A DNA stretch of 64,000 nucleotides from Chrysomallon squamiferum (Eukaryota > Animalia > Mollusca): the NCBI GenBank assembly GCA_012295275.1, contig CM022669.1, forward strand, positions 11,222,001-11,286,000, written 5' to 3'. The notes under the pieces are model-generated. The model saw only the letters and a program-made list of their open reading frames with translations. It ran no database searches and had not been told where the DNA came from. The translations under genes and the position numbers were made by a program. How positions within the stretch are numbered: the first letter of the stretch is position 1; each line of letters starts with the position of its first letter. Shown here in pieces: positions 39,731 to 53,530 of the stretch.

Positions 39731-40959
39731 GCTTCTTATCGGTTAATATAGTTTTCTTTCTCTTTGTCATCCTTCTTTCTTATTACCTTATAGGCCATCT
39801 TTTCATTTATTTATTTACTTTCTTTCTGTTTCTCAAAGCATCTGTATGTATTCATATACATGATACTGTTTGTATGTGGATTTATCTGTTTAATGTACAT
39901 TTAAAGGATGGCTTTATTTCCAAAATAACATAAAAAATCACAAACTTGTGTAAGCTTCCTTTAATGCTGACAGCTCATAACTTATAAAAATAAATAAAAA
40001 ATGTTAATCTTGAAGTAGGTAGGTTTTTATACTAGTTTTTGGGTGTGTTTTTTTTATATCAGAAACATTTTGTGGAAATATAAACTTTAATTACCCTTGG
40101 CTCCAGAAGATCTTAGATGAAAGATTTTCAGAGAAGTTGTAAATTTAGAACAGCTGAATTTTATTTAAGCATTTATGGGTGGTCGGTCATCCTTGTTTCA
40201 GCTGTAATTTTCTGCTTTTAAAATTGTTGATAATCTTCATAAAATGTACTATAAACTTTTTTTTAATTAAGATAATTTTAAATATCATAATCATCATTGC
40301 TGAAAGCTTGCCAGTTTGTAAATTTATTCAACAACTTTTTAAAATACCTATGTAATTATTTAGTTCAGCACCAAAATTATTTTACAAAACAAAAAATCGT
40401 AACATTATATTTGGAAACCCTGAATAATAATTATTATTCCTTTATTTTGTATACCAGTAACTCTGGGGTGTGTTTCTGCATGTGTACAAGTTATCAATAT
40501 TAAGAAGTAATTATGTTTTGACTTTTCTATACAATTCACGTATGAAAAATAGATTAGACTGAAAGCCATAGCATTCTTGGAAAAATATTGAGCTTTTAGT
40601 TCTTATGGGAACTGAAATTTTGACCTAATATAAAATAGCTTGTGAACTGTTGGGAATTAAGAAATAATAAAACATAATTGGAAAATACAATTTTCCTTCT
40701 CATGCAGATAATCTTTTGATTATACTGATGGAAAGAGAGAGATGGAAGGATGGGCATCCATGAATGTGGAAACAAAAAACAAAAAAAAACAACCTCCAGT
40801 AAAACGCTATCTACTGTTATTACAGAATAAACTGAGCATAACTGAAGAACAAATGAATGGATGAAATAAAGAAATAAAGAAATTGTATCACTATATTTCT
40901 ATAAATGATTATTAATGTTCAAGCAACATTTTATTTTTTATTTTTTTATATATATTCAT

Positions 40960-41165
40960 TAAAGTGAGAAGAAACCAATCATCATATTTCAATGGGTTAC
41001 TCAGTCTAATTAGCAGAAATAAATCTTTTATATTCAACCTTCCCTCAGACAGCACATCATATACCATGGCCTTTGATAACTCACTTATAGTGCAAAGACT
41101 AAACTGGAAAATAATGGTTGCACCCAAGAGGGATCGATCTTTTGACCCTTCATGCATGAGAAACA
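40960..41165 (-). mobile_element. SINE copy, same family, well preserved
   Basis: GGGTTACTC..TCTAATTAGCAGAAATAAATCTTTTATATTCAACCTTCCCTCAGACAG...ATACCATGGCCTTTGATA...GAGGGATCGATC..TGACCC is the reverse complement of the B-box plus core. Confidence 0.75.
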
Positions 41166-42234
41166 CGAAGAAATAACAGGAACACCTCGACATTATGTTA
41201 CTCTTCATAATAAATCACATTTAGTAGGTAGCAATGCCACTGTACATTTTCACGGGTCAGATACAATTACCTATTATTCTGGCGAAATCAGATTATTTTT
41301 CTATATTTTTTGCCTGCTACTTGAGCAAATTGGAACGCTGTATGAAATAATTTATTATCTGTGGCTTCAGTGCATGCTGGTGCTTGTGATGTCTATAAAA
41401 ATTACATGGCAGTGTCAGTGGTTAAACATATTGATATTGTTCAGCCAATTTACATGATCTATCACCCATCCAGGACTTGACAGACAATTTAGCTGTTGGG
41501 TCTGTGGTTTGAAACAGAATTAAATCATGATTTTCTTGATGAGTTTTGTTCCATTTTTTTTTTTTTTTTTATATAAATACAGATACGTGCCTGTCTAAAG
41601 TCTTCCTTTAATAATCTGATTTGGCTGCAGATAAAGATAAGGTTTATTATTTAATGTTAATAATCGTGATTTGTATTTTAATTTATTTTCTAGATTGTAT
41701 TTTATTACTGATTACAAACTAGGCACTGTGTTCTCAGGACACCCAAGCCATTATATACAAGATGTGTGTGTTCTAGAACCAGTTTTGATGAGAAATATTA
41801 TACAAACAAAAGGAATGTTCTGTTATATGTTTCTATTTATTTCATTTTTCAAACATGTTTATAATCATTAATGTACGTATGTGATAATATGCATGTCTGT
41901 ATGTATGTATTTCTGACTTGGCCAGTGTTAGTGTGTTAGAAGGTTAGGCTGTAGTGGTTTACTCATTTACAATTACCTATGGGTAAGAGTCGGAACTGGA
42001 AAACAGAAAAGATAAAGGAATATGAACATCCAGCAACTAGGATGATTTATGTGGAAAAGGGTAGTTATTTTCTATTCTTAACAAAGCATTTATTTATATA
42101 TTCTATGTGTATATATGTGTGTGTGTGTGTATGTGTTGTGGCGTGTATGTGTGTGTGTGTATACAATATATAAATAAACATATGATTAAGCAACAAATTA
42201 TGACTGTATGGAACATATATCTCAAAGAACAGTA

Positions 42235-42385
42235 TTCAGAGAAAGGAACCCATGAAGTAAGTTAAGTTTTTACAGTTAGCAGGAAAAGATCATTTATATG
42301 AATACTTCCATAAATAGGAAAAAAATACCAAAACCTTTGAAAACAGTCATGTGGGAGTGGTTGGAATGAGAAATTGCCCAGTCTG
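42235..42385 (-). mobile_element. Decayed SINE copy, same family
   Basis: TTAGCAGGAAAAGATCATTTATATGAATACTTCCATAAATAGG...ATACCAAAACCTTTG...GTGGTTGGAATGAGAAAT. Confidence 0.6.
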
Positions 42386-43003
42386 CGTGCTGTATTCAAT
42401 TATCTAAATTCTATTACTACTACTTTAATACCTAATAAATATATAATTTTTTTCAAAGCAAGAAATTCTTGTCAAAGTTGATAAAATGTGAACATAAAAT
42501 GTCTTGAATTTTATGATCTTACTTTACTTTATCAAAACATAAACAAGTCTAATTATATTTTAAAAATATATATATATTTATAGAGCAATTTGAAATCTGG
42601 AGTAACAGTTTATGTGCCAAGATCTGTAGTTTTTTTGTTTTTTTTCAGAACTATAAGTCCACTTTAAAATAGGCTCACAGAAAATATGATGAAAGAAAAA
42701 ATCAGAAATTGTTACAGAATTTTGTAAACGAATAAAGAAATATTGATGACTTTTATTAGAAAAATTTTGTTAAATTATTTTTAGTGTTATTAAGAAATAT
42801 ATATCTTATAACTTTGTTTATTTTCTCATGCAGTATTTGTCATGTAGCTGTATGTATATGCTTGTGTATGTGTATGTACATGTGTCAATGTATAATCATC
42901 CATAACAGTTGATATGAGAATTTTGTATTTTTTAAATGTTTCTTGTTCATTATCCCACCTTATATTTCTCAAATGCTAATTTTTTTTTTTTTTTTTTTTA
43001 CTG

Positions 43004-43041
<38 letters not shown>

Positions 43042-43320
43042 GATTTGTTTTACAGGGAAGGGTTAGTAACAGAAATATATTTCAAAAGACATGTTAGGAA
43101 TTACCAGAACGAAAAAAACCATCATCCCAAGAAGTAAAACTCAAATCTGTCATTCTCTGACTTTAATACTCTCTCTGTTTACACATCTGTCCACTTTCCC
43201 AAAGGCTCAACATAAAAAAGAAAAAAGAAAATGAAAAAAGCAATAAATAAAAAATACTATTTTCTGAATTATTTCTTTGCTTTCAGAATTTATTATTATT
43301 ATTATTATTTATCATCATCA

Positions 43321-43358
<38 letters not shown>

Positions 43359-46300
43359 TATCATCATCATCATCATTATTATTATTTATCACCATCATTA
43401 TTATTATTATTATTATTATTCCATTTTCAAAATCAATTTTATCAAAACAGATAAATTATTTAAACAAATGAAAAGAAAGAAAAGAATTATTTAAGTGTTC
43501 AAAATCAGTTTTATCAAAAGCTGAATAAAGAAAATTATTTTTAGAATTGTTATTTCATTTTTGAAAATAATTTTTATCAAACAATAAAACAGGAGAAATA
43601 ATAAAATGAAGAAAAATAATATCTTCCAAACTATTTCATCATCATTATTACTATTCCTATATAGATTTTAAAATCATTTTTACTTTAGTTTATCAAAAAC
43701 TTAAAAGGGCATGGAATCAAACAAAACAACTACAAAAAGTGGCGTTAAAGAAAAGTAAAGTTTTTGGAACCATTTTGGTATATTATTTTCAGCCTTTTAT
43801 TATTAGACTGTCAAAAAAAAAAAAAAAAAAAAAAATTTTCTGCAGTTTTCAAAAGGCTTAAAGAGTAAAACATGTTTAATATCATGATACAAAAACAGAA
43901 GAAGAAGGAAAAATATTATTTTGAGAATATTTTATTATTGATATTATTCAATTTTTCTGTTTGTATTATTTTTAAAATCATTTCTGTCTCCAATTTTTCA
44001 AAGGTTAAGTCAGCAATATTTATTTATCTTATTCTTAATGCAGTAAAGAATAAAGTATTATTTTCTTCTGAAAGTTCTTAGCATTTTTATCCACTGTGGT
44101 GTTATTCAATTTACTTTGTATTCAGTAATCTGGTTCATACAACAAAGAGAAACAAAATAAAGAAAAAAATAATTTTATCAATTTTCTGTTTCTACATTTT
44201 TAAAATCAATTTAAGTTCTCAAAGTAGTAAAAATAATATAGGAAGAAAACAACTTAAAAAAAAATGTTTATATTTAGAATTATTTTATAAATCGGGATGC
44301 TAAAAATTATTACGAAGCCCTGAATTATTGTACTCACTTTCAGAAACTTGTCAGCTTTATGTTTTCAATTTGTTCAATTCCTAAACCAGTTTCATCTTGA
44401 AGCAAGAACCTTTTAAATTATTTATTTCGTCATTTCTTTAAAAAAAAAAAAATATATAAAAATAAATCTTCTTCCTTCTATTTTATAACATTACTAAACT
44501 GAAAGGCAGCATCATCATACTGTTGACACAGGAGAAATTTTAGCACACTTCCATCAAAGAAACGTGGACGCTTGCTTTAGAGATAGTCACAAGTTAGATT
44601 TCATTAGAGAGTTCCAAACAAGACAGATCACTCTGTGAATTATGATGTGTGTTTATTCACTTCACACCATGATGTTCTTTTTATTGCCATGCACTCCAAA
44701 CATCAGCAAAATCATCCATGTTTTTACGAGTGACAGAGGAGTTGAGATTTTTTTGTTCTTCCTGGCAGTGTTTGGACATAAAGTGCATGTTGTTGTTTTT
44801 TTATTACAATAATCAACTACAATTTGACTCAAATGCATAACTACTGATCTGGTTGTGTGTGTTTTTTAAAAAAGTATCTCAGATATTTTATTTTGAAAAA
44901 AAAGAATGAAAATAGAACAGAGGGAAAGAAAGAATGAAAGAAACGGTCGTAAATTATTGCTTTAGATCTTCAAAGATTGGTTTTAATTAATTTTTTTTTT
45001 AAATGTTTCATTTATTTATTTATTTTTTGTAACCTTTAAAACAGAATTGGGATTAAGTATTTTATTTAGTAACTTATTTATTTTTGGATATATTGGTATT
45101 TATTTGTTTATTTTATTTTGTTGTCTTTTTTATTATCTTTTTTTTTTTTTTTTTTTTTAAAAAGAAAACAGAGAAAGAAGACTGCCTTCAGTTATTGGTT
45201 TTGGTTTTGTAAGATTTGTTTAAAATTGTTTTTATTGATTTATTATGATTATGATTATTATTATTAGTAGTAGTAGTAGTAGTTAATTTTATTTATTATT
45301 TTAATTATAAAGTAAAATTTGTGGGGCATTTATTTACTAGCTTTATATTTATTTTATTTTATTTTATTTTTATTATATTTTATTTTATATATATTTTTAT
45401 TTTTTATTTTTCGTTTGTTTCTTTATTTACTTAAAAAAAGACAAGAAACATTGCTATAAGTTATTCCTTTTAATCTTTCAAGATTAGTTTCAAATTTATA
45501 TTTTTTTACATTAATTTTATTTATTTACTAGCTTATATCTTTTTTGCTTTCATTTTTATTTTATTTTTTATTTTATTTTCAGTTATTATTATCTATTTCG
45601 TTTTGTGATTTATGATAGAGGAACCTGTAGTGGGCTAGTGTATTACATAAAACAGTACTGTGTGTAAAAGTGACATGTTTCTTTTCATTAAATTAGAGTA
45701 TAACTTGGTAAATGGATGAGTCTGCATTGAAGCAGTGACATTTCATAGGAGTAACATAACAAAGGGGTGACATAAATACTGTATTAAAGGAGTGGCATTT
45801 TACTGGAGTGACAAAGTATAATTAAAATTTTATTTCAACAAAAACCAAACATTACTTTTAAAATTATTAAAATTATTAAGATTTTATTTAAAAAACTAGA
45901 ACCACTGAGCTGTTAATATATTTTAAACTTGTTTACAATTCTTGTTCTCCATCCCTGAAATTATCTTCTTCCTCGTAGTCGCTTACACTTCTTGAACTGA
46001 AATGCAAACTGTGTGCAATTCCACGAAGGTTTTCACTGAAAGGGGACAGTTCCATGTCTCCTGACAACAGCTGCAAGCCTCACCTCCCTCTGGATGTGTT
46101 CTTTCTTCTTCTTTGTTAAATTATTCCCTGCAATCAGTTGCTCTACCTGTTGATTTGTGTGGTGGTTGTTTTACATGAATTCCTTTATCACTGAAATAAA
46201 CTCCCAAGTGATTGTGATGAAGGATTTCAGAAAAGATGGTTGGATGGTTGTCACTCCTTTGAAATTTATATCAGGTTTCAGTCCTTTGTAATGTGATTCC

Positions 46301-46484
46301 TATGACATGTCACTCGTTTGAATAGAACTGAAGTGGACAGCTAGGCAGAGAACCCTGATGACTTACTTAATATGAAGTAAAAAAAAAAAAAAGGAATGTA
46401 AATTGTAAAAATATTAAATAAAAAATAAATATATGTGTTAAGAAGAAATAACCATAAAGCCAATAATTATTATGGAAAATGTTT

Positions 46485-46732
46485 TTAAAAAATATAATTC
46501 TACAACTGATATTATAAAAATGTATTAAAAAGTGAGAAACATAATTCTTCAATTAATATAAAAATTATTTAAAGATCAAAAACCTAATTCTCCAACAGAT
46601 ATTATAAAATTTTTAAAAAATAATTCTACATTTGATATCATAAAAAATATATTTAAAAATCAAAAATGTAAATGTACAATTGATATTATAAAAAATGTAT
46701 TTTAAAATCAAAAATATAATTCCACAGCTGAT
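46485..46732. repeat. Degenerate AT-rich tandem repeat of ~40-50 bp, ~6 copies
   Basis: Recurrent TAATTCTACA..TGATATTATAAAAA. Confidence 0.7.
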
Positions 46733-47287
46733 GTCATCAAACAGTTTGTAGTAAAAATCTGAAGAATTTCACTATATGAAGTGTAATACAGCCATGTACC
46801 TAACTCAATGACATACAGATTTATAACACATACCTGTAATGACAGGTTAATTCTGATCTCACACCTTACTTACAGTCTTTGACAGAATTCCTCACATTAT
46901 AAACCTGAAAATAATAGAAAAGAACTGACTGCTTCTAGACACCTGAAATTTATCAGGCAGAATTTCCTGCAGTTTTGACTTAGAGACCTACAGTCTGATA
47001 ACAGTTCTATTTAAACTTTTGTTAATGCAATTATCAACATTCCTGTCACTTGTACACTGAAGTGGATATATCCTTTTGTATCATTCTTTGATAGATAAAT
47101 CAGGTGCAGTTAAGTTCCTTGTAGATAGTATCTATCAGTGTGAATTAGCAAACAACTCAGTTTGTTTTAATATTTGTAATAAAAATATGGTGGTTTGTTG
47201 CTCCTTAATACATGGTATGTGCTATACTGTTTAAAGAGATGAAGTTGATACTTTGAATACAAACAGTCAATGGCTGTTGATATATAT

Positions 47288-47318
<31 letters not shown>

Positions 47319-48007
47319 TGTTATTATTATTATTGCTGTTACTGTATTTTTGTTTTATTATTATTGTTATTGTTATTATCATCTTTATTATTATTATTAT
47401 TATTATTATTGTTATTATGATCATCATTATTATTTTATTATTCTTGTGATTGTTGATTGTTCTTGTTATTATTATTATTATTATTATCATTATTTTTATT
47501 TTTTATTTTTTATTATGATAGTTGTTGTTGTTATTATTTTTTATTTGTTTATGTATTTGTTTTTATTCTATTTAAAAAAATAGTAATAATGATAATAAAT
47601 AATAATAATAATAATAATAATAACAACAACAATGATGACGATGATAATAACAACAACAGTAATAATGATAAAAGTAATATTATAAATTTCAGTTTATTAT
47701 ATAATCATCCTGAATACATAATGTCATTTTATTTCTTCTTGTTTTTCCCTCACTGCTAATTTCCCTTTGATACATCCCAGAAGGCCACTTGACTACAAAG
47801 AACAACTGAAAGGTTAATTTGTCTAGCTGCCAGAATTACCTTCACATATTCTATTATCTCTATCGGTGTTTTTTCACAGTCGCAATAACTTACACATTTA
47901 ACGAAATTAGAGTCAAAATTATGTTTCAAAGAAGACTTACTTATATTTTCAATTTTTTTTTAAAAGCATAACAAATTTAACAAATTGTTTTTAATTAAAG
48001 AAACTGC

Positions 48008-48195
48008 ATGTAGCTATGTCATTAAAATGTTAAGACTACAGGATCAGTTGTTGTCTTGGGATGTTTCTCCAGTTCCAGCCTGTCACTTGTTTATTTAAGC
48101 TGTGACATCTGTTTTTCTGCCTATGGGAAGATTTATAGAAATGATTACTTTCTGCTAGTTTCATAAGAGTAACCTGCGAAATGTTGTTTTCCTAT
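48008..48195 (+). mobile_element. Decayed SINE copy, same family
   Basis: GTTCCAGCC...CTGCCTATGGGAAGATTTATAGAAATGATTACTTTCTGCTA...AAGAGTAACC. Confidence 0.55.
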
Positions 48196-49081
48196 TATAT
48201 AATAAATTAAAAATTAAAAACAACCATACTAATAAATTATGTTGATGATGATAATGATAATATCTATAACATTAGTAATAATAATCATTATAAATTAAAA
48301 TTAATGATAAAAATAAATGATGATGATAATAAACATAAAATAAAATAATGAATAATATTGTGTTGTGAAAAATATCATTCATTTTTGATTGAAAATGAAC
48401 TAAAATATGTATTATTAATTAATTCATGTGAAAATATTTCAATTTCATTCTCTTAACCTAGAAAATAAATTCTGGACATACATTTAAACAATTAAAAAAA
48501 AAACATCCACTTTATCTTACTTTATTTTAACTTTTTTATTTTATTTTATTTAACTTGACTTTATATTACTTATTTTGTTTTACTTTATTCTATTTTAATT
48601 TATTAACTTTAGTTTTTTATATATACACACACACACACACACACATACATACATATATATATATATATACATATATAATATACACACACATACAAACATA
48701 TACACATTCATACAGTGTTTATTTGTTTATATATTCATTTTCTTCTATTTAATAAATCAAAAATTTTAGAGATCTTCTGAATTTTTCATTATTGCACATG
48801 CATGCTTTCCTTTTCTTTTACTTTTTATTATGATTTAAATTTAATTTATAAGATCACTTTTTTTTTTCAATTTGCTTGGATGTAAAAGAATATTTGAAAA
48901 CACAATCATAATCAACTCAAATAATCTCATCTAAAGTTTATTATTACATTAACTTTTTAAATATTTTTATAGCCAATTAACTCATTCATTATTTGTTTAC
49001 TTAAAATAATAAAAACATAAAAAGTAGATATCTTCAAATTATAAATGATTCACTTTGTTAAAATATATAGCATATAAACAA

Positions 49082-49122
<41 letters not shown>

Positions 49123-50464
49123 TGGAATACAAAATTTAAAAATATAAAAATTAAATATATTTAAGTTTACACACTTTTCAATTCTTCAAAAAAAAATTAT
49201 GATAATAATAAGTATAATGTCATAATGACAAGAACAATCATAACAGTAACAACAACAATAACAATAACAACAGCAACAGCAACAACAACAACAAAAACAA
49301 TAATAACAATAACAATATAATGGTAAATGTCACTCATTTTACTTTCAGTTTGTATCTCAAAACCTAAAGTAAAAGTACTTTAATCTTTTAATTAAGTTAT
49401 TTTTTTTTTAATAATTATTTTAAATTGAATTTTAAACCAAACCAGTGTCATGACATTAAAGCCTAATTAAATATTAAATGTCTGAGACAAAAGCTAATGA
49501 AGTTAATCATTTTACCAAACTTATTACAATTAAATTTAATAAATTCTTTATTTAATTTCTCCTTAATATTTGGCCAGGTGCTACATTTGAATGAAGGTGT
49601 CTAGACAAACATAATCTAATTTGTCACCCATTTTCTGTTGTAGTTTCAACTTAATGTTATTATTTGGAAATAATTTTTTAACAGATAAGTTAAAATTAAT
49701 TTTTGTTATTGTCTTTTTACAGTTGAATTAAAATTAAATTTTGTTATTGTCTTTTGAAAGTCTAAATTCTTACTTTGATTTTTTTCTTCACATTGTTAGT
49801 ATTTATCATCGAGTGTATACTACATCCTTAACATTTCAGACAAATTCTTTTCTGGGGCAGATCTAGAGGGGTGGATCCAAGATATCCAGACCACCCTCAA
49901 ATTTGAGAAGTGCCAGTTTTATTAAGGATTTTTATTTTTTTTTAACAAATTTATTTATTTTTTAAAAATGGTTGTCAGTGTATAAAAACTAGAATGCATC
50001 TGCCAGTGTCCCTATTGTAGCATTATTATATTATGGTCCATGTAAAAAGTGCATAATCTTTCAGTACTGCCTTTTCATAATGTTATGCCATGAATCCTAG
50101 CTTTTCCTTATTTCTTTTTATCTCTCTACTTCTACTTGAGCCCCTGTGTTATATGTATGTGCAGGTATGTATCAGCATGTATTTGTTTTTATGTATAAAT
50201 ATATTTGTGTATGTATATATATTCTTGTGTGTAATGTGTGTGTGTGTGTGTGTGTGTGTGTGTTGAGTATGTGTGTATATAAAAAGAACAAATGATTTGA
50301 CAAATGAGCAAGAATAAATTAGCATTAAAAGAGTTACAAGACAGAACTCTACTAATTATCAGTATTGTAAGCATATAAATCAGTTTTATATATTTTACAT
50401 TTCCTGGTAGTAAATATTTGTGACGATAAAAATATAAAGACATGTTAGCTTAGAATTTTAGTTA

Positions 50465-50695
50465 TGTGCTATCCCACTTTACTTACACCTCACTATATTT
50501 ATCTCCTACTATACTTAATTTGTTCTCTACTATACTTAATGTATCACTCACCCTGCTTACATTTATCATTTATTTCTTACTGTATCTATATATATCTTCC
50601 ACTAAGTTTATATTTATCTCTCACTGTACTTAACTTTTTCTCACACTATACTTACATCCCACTATGCTTACTTTATCTCCCACTATACTTAAAAT
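50465..50695. repeat. Degenerate ~18-20-bp minisatellite (CCACTATACTTA...)
   Basis: Recurrent CACTATACTTA/CACTGTACTTA motifs; explains ORF 50464-50733. Confidence 0.65.
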
Positions 50696-51354
50696 CATTT
50701 AAGTCATTTACTAAGTCTAAATATCTGAAGTAGTATCTAGCAGATTCTAATCATTTTCTGTTTGTGAGCAAGTGGTAACTCTAAATATCATTTTAGTCAT
50801 CCTACTGAACTTATAATTATCTATTATGATTTCACAAGGGATCTGCAGGCACACCACTGTTTTCCAGATTGAAATTTTATATTGTCATCACTATCTACAT
50901 TATATCTGTTATTGGAAGAACAAGGGTGTCATTTTAATTGTTTCTTCAAGCCATTGTAACAGAATTAGTAATGTGTCCTCTGGTATTCTGCTGTAATTCA
51001 GAAACATGACAAGTTTAATTGTCTGGTTCAGTATGAACAACCCAAATAATAATATATCAGCAGGTATAACAGTGTGAATCTCAAATCTGAAATTTATATT
51101 ACTATTATCTTATATATTTATTATTATAAAAGATTATCTTCTCCCATTCCTTTAACTAACTAGCTGTTTTTAATATTAATTTTTTTTTATATATAGATAT
51201 ATGCTACTGGTATATTCCAGGTTCATGAATTATATTATCACATATCTATTATTATTATTAACATCATCATCGTCATCATTATTGTTATTATTTATTATTA
51301 TTATAATTATCATCATCATCATTATCATTATCATTGTCATTATTATTATTATTA

Positions 51355-51401
<47 letters not shown>

Positions 51402-52409
51402 GTTCTTATTATTATTTGTATCTTTAACTGTTTATTGATTTTCTTTCCAAATCAAATCATATGCATTTGCTTTTTGGTAAATCTTGAATCACAGGTGTGT
51501 GGGGACCCTTTGGTTAAAAGAGCAAATGGGTAGATTTTCCTGACATTTTTCACAAAAAAACCCCATAGGAAAATTTTCCATTTGACTTTGCCCAAAATAC
51601 TGTCATCCCTCCTGCCCCCAAGAATGATGTGTCCACATCTTGAATATTTCACACAAAGTAATAAAGCATGTACAGTGACTTCCATTTATGATGACCTTGA
51701 CTTATTTGATAGTTCTCATAAAGTTTAAATTTGTAAGTAGTATTAAGATTTTTCGAAATTATGATGGTTTATTCAATATTAAATAATATTTTATAAAAAA
51801 TGAAAGTTTAAAATTATTAACAGTACAGTTGTGTCTTAGAATTATTAAGTTTACTAAATATTTAAAAGCAAAGTACAAATTTTATTAAGTTTACTAAATA
51901 TTTAAAAAAAGTACAAAATTAAAATAAATGCAAAGTACAAATTTTTTAGTTTTAAAATTTAAAAGATTCTACAAATAAAACAAATGTTTATTAAATTCTA
52001 GATTCTTAAAAAAGAAAAATTTTTTTATTAACAATGCATTGTTAATCATAATTATTACTGTTCACTAAATATTAGTAAATATTTTACAAACAAAAAGAAA
52101 AAAATCACAGTCAAAAAAACAATACAGCAGTTGAAATGATTTCTGCAAATGGCGGCCATTTGACACTGACAGTTCAGACTAATGTCCAGTAATTACTTTG
52201 TCTGCCGTCTGCTACTTTCCTCATTTAGACTCATAAAACATTGACTGATCTCACTGACCTACAGATTTACACAGAATCAGAGTCTCTCTGTCAGTTCATT
52301 TACAAACCTTTTACCCCGAGATCAGCTCAAACTCACAAACACATTTCATATCCAGGTGACAAATAGCAAACCTTATCCCTTCTGAGAGGAAAATTATCCT
52401 CAGTATATC

Positions 52410-52530
52410 TGCTTTATTAAAGGATGTTGTATGAACTCTTATGTATATGGGAAGGCTGATATGAAAGATTTTGTGTTGCTAATCTAAAGAGAGTAGTATA
52501 TAGTGGAGATTTCCTATCTCATTATTTCGA
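52410..52530 (+). mobile_element. SINE core fragment, same family
   Basis: TGTATATGGGAAGGCTGATATGAAAGATTTTGTGTTGCTAATCTAAAGAGAGTAG...GATTTCCTATC. Confidence 0.6.
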
Positions 52531-52559
52531 TGATTTTTTACTTTAAGTATGATGAGCTG

Positions 52560-53530
52560 AAACTTTAAAGATGTTTTGAGTGTGTAACAAACATGAAAAT
52601 AAAAATAAATTATATTTGCTTAGGATACAAAAAGGGAGAAAAAAATCTGCAATAATTCTACTTGTATGCAAAATAACAAAGAAAACCAATCCAATTCTAT
52701 TTAACTTAGAATGACAAAAAGGAGAAAATCCAGTGCATTTTATTTGAATGTTGAGTTACAAAAGCAGAAAACTAAAATAAAAATTCTGTTTGTGATGTGT
52801 AACAAAGAAAGAAAATCCTAGGAAATTACTGGCATTTAGAATCAGAAAGGGAGGAACTGTCATAAATCCTTCTTCTGAATCAGAAACAGAAAATAAATAT
52901 AAATGAACTAATTGACTCTACTTGTTCATACAATAACAGAAAAAGACACAGGATTTTTCTGTTGAATAACAATGGAGAAACCTATTACTCAGTTATAGTT
53001 ATTATAATGACAACAGTACTGACAATGAAAACACACAGATGATTTTATTTCCATACAGAATCATAAAGATATAAAAAAAGCAGTAGATTTTGTTGGATAT
53101 AGATTCATAGAGATAGTGTGTAGAATCAAAAGATGAAAACCCAACAGATTCTACTTGTGTTTAAAATGATAAATAAAAAACACTACAGCAAATTATAGTT
53201 CCAAATCACAGATGGAAACCCATAACTCAGTTCCAATGATTATTCATATTCAGAGAATGTGAATGGTTCTACTTGTACATCGAATGATAATTTTTTGAAA
53301 ATAAAGATACTGTAAATGCTACTGGTGTTTAAAACCATTATAAAAGACATTGTTATAATTTAGCTACTGCAAATTTTACTTCTGAATCACAAAGACAAAA
53401 CAGACAGTCATAGGTTCTGTTTCAATGTTGAATCATAAAGATATAAAAAAAAGCCAATAGATTCTACTTGTATGTAGAATCATAGATGAAGAAAAAACCC
53501 TGCAAAAAATTCTACTTGTGAATCACAGAG
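52560..53530. repeat. Old degenerate tandem repeat (TTCTACTTG...GAATCACAAAG motifs)
   Basis: TTCTACTTGT and AGAATCA motifs recur at roughly 40-50-bp spacing. Confidence 0.6.

Noticed and set aside
46084-46190. Minus-strand segment bounded by TTTATTTCAG| and GAG|GTGAGG
   Set aside because: Stops in all three frames; it could be a UTR exon but has no other support.
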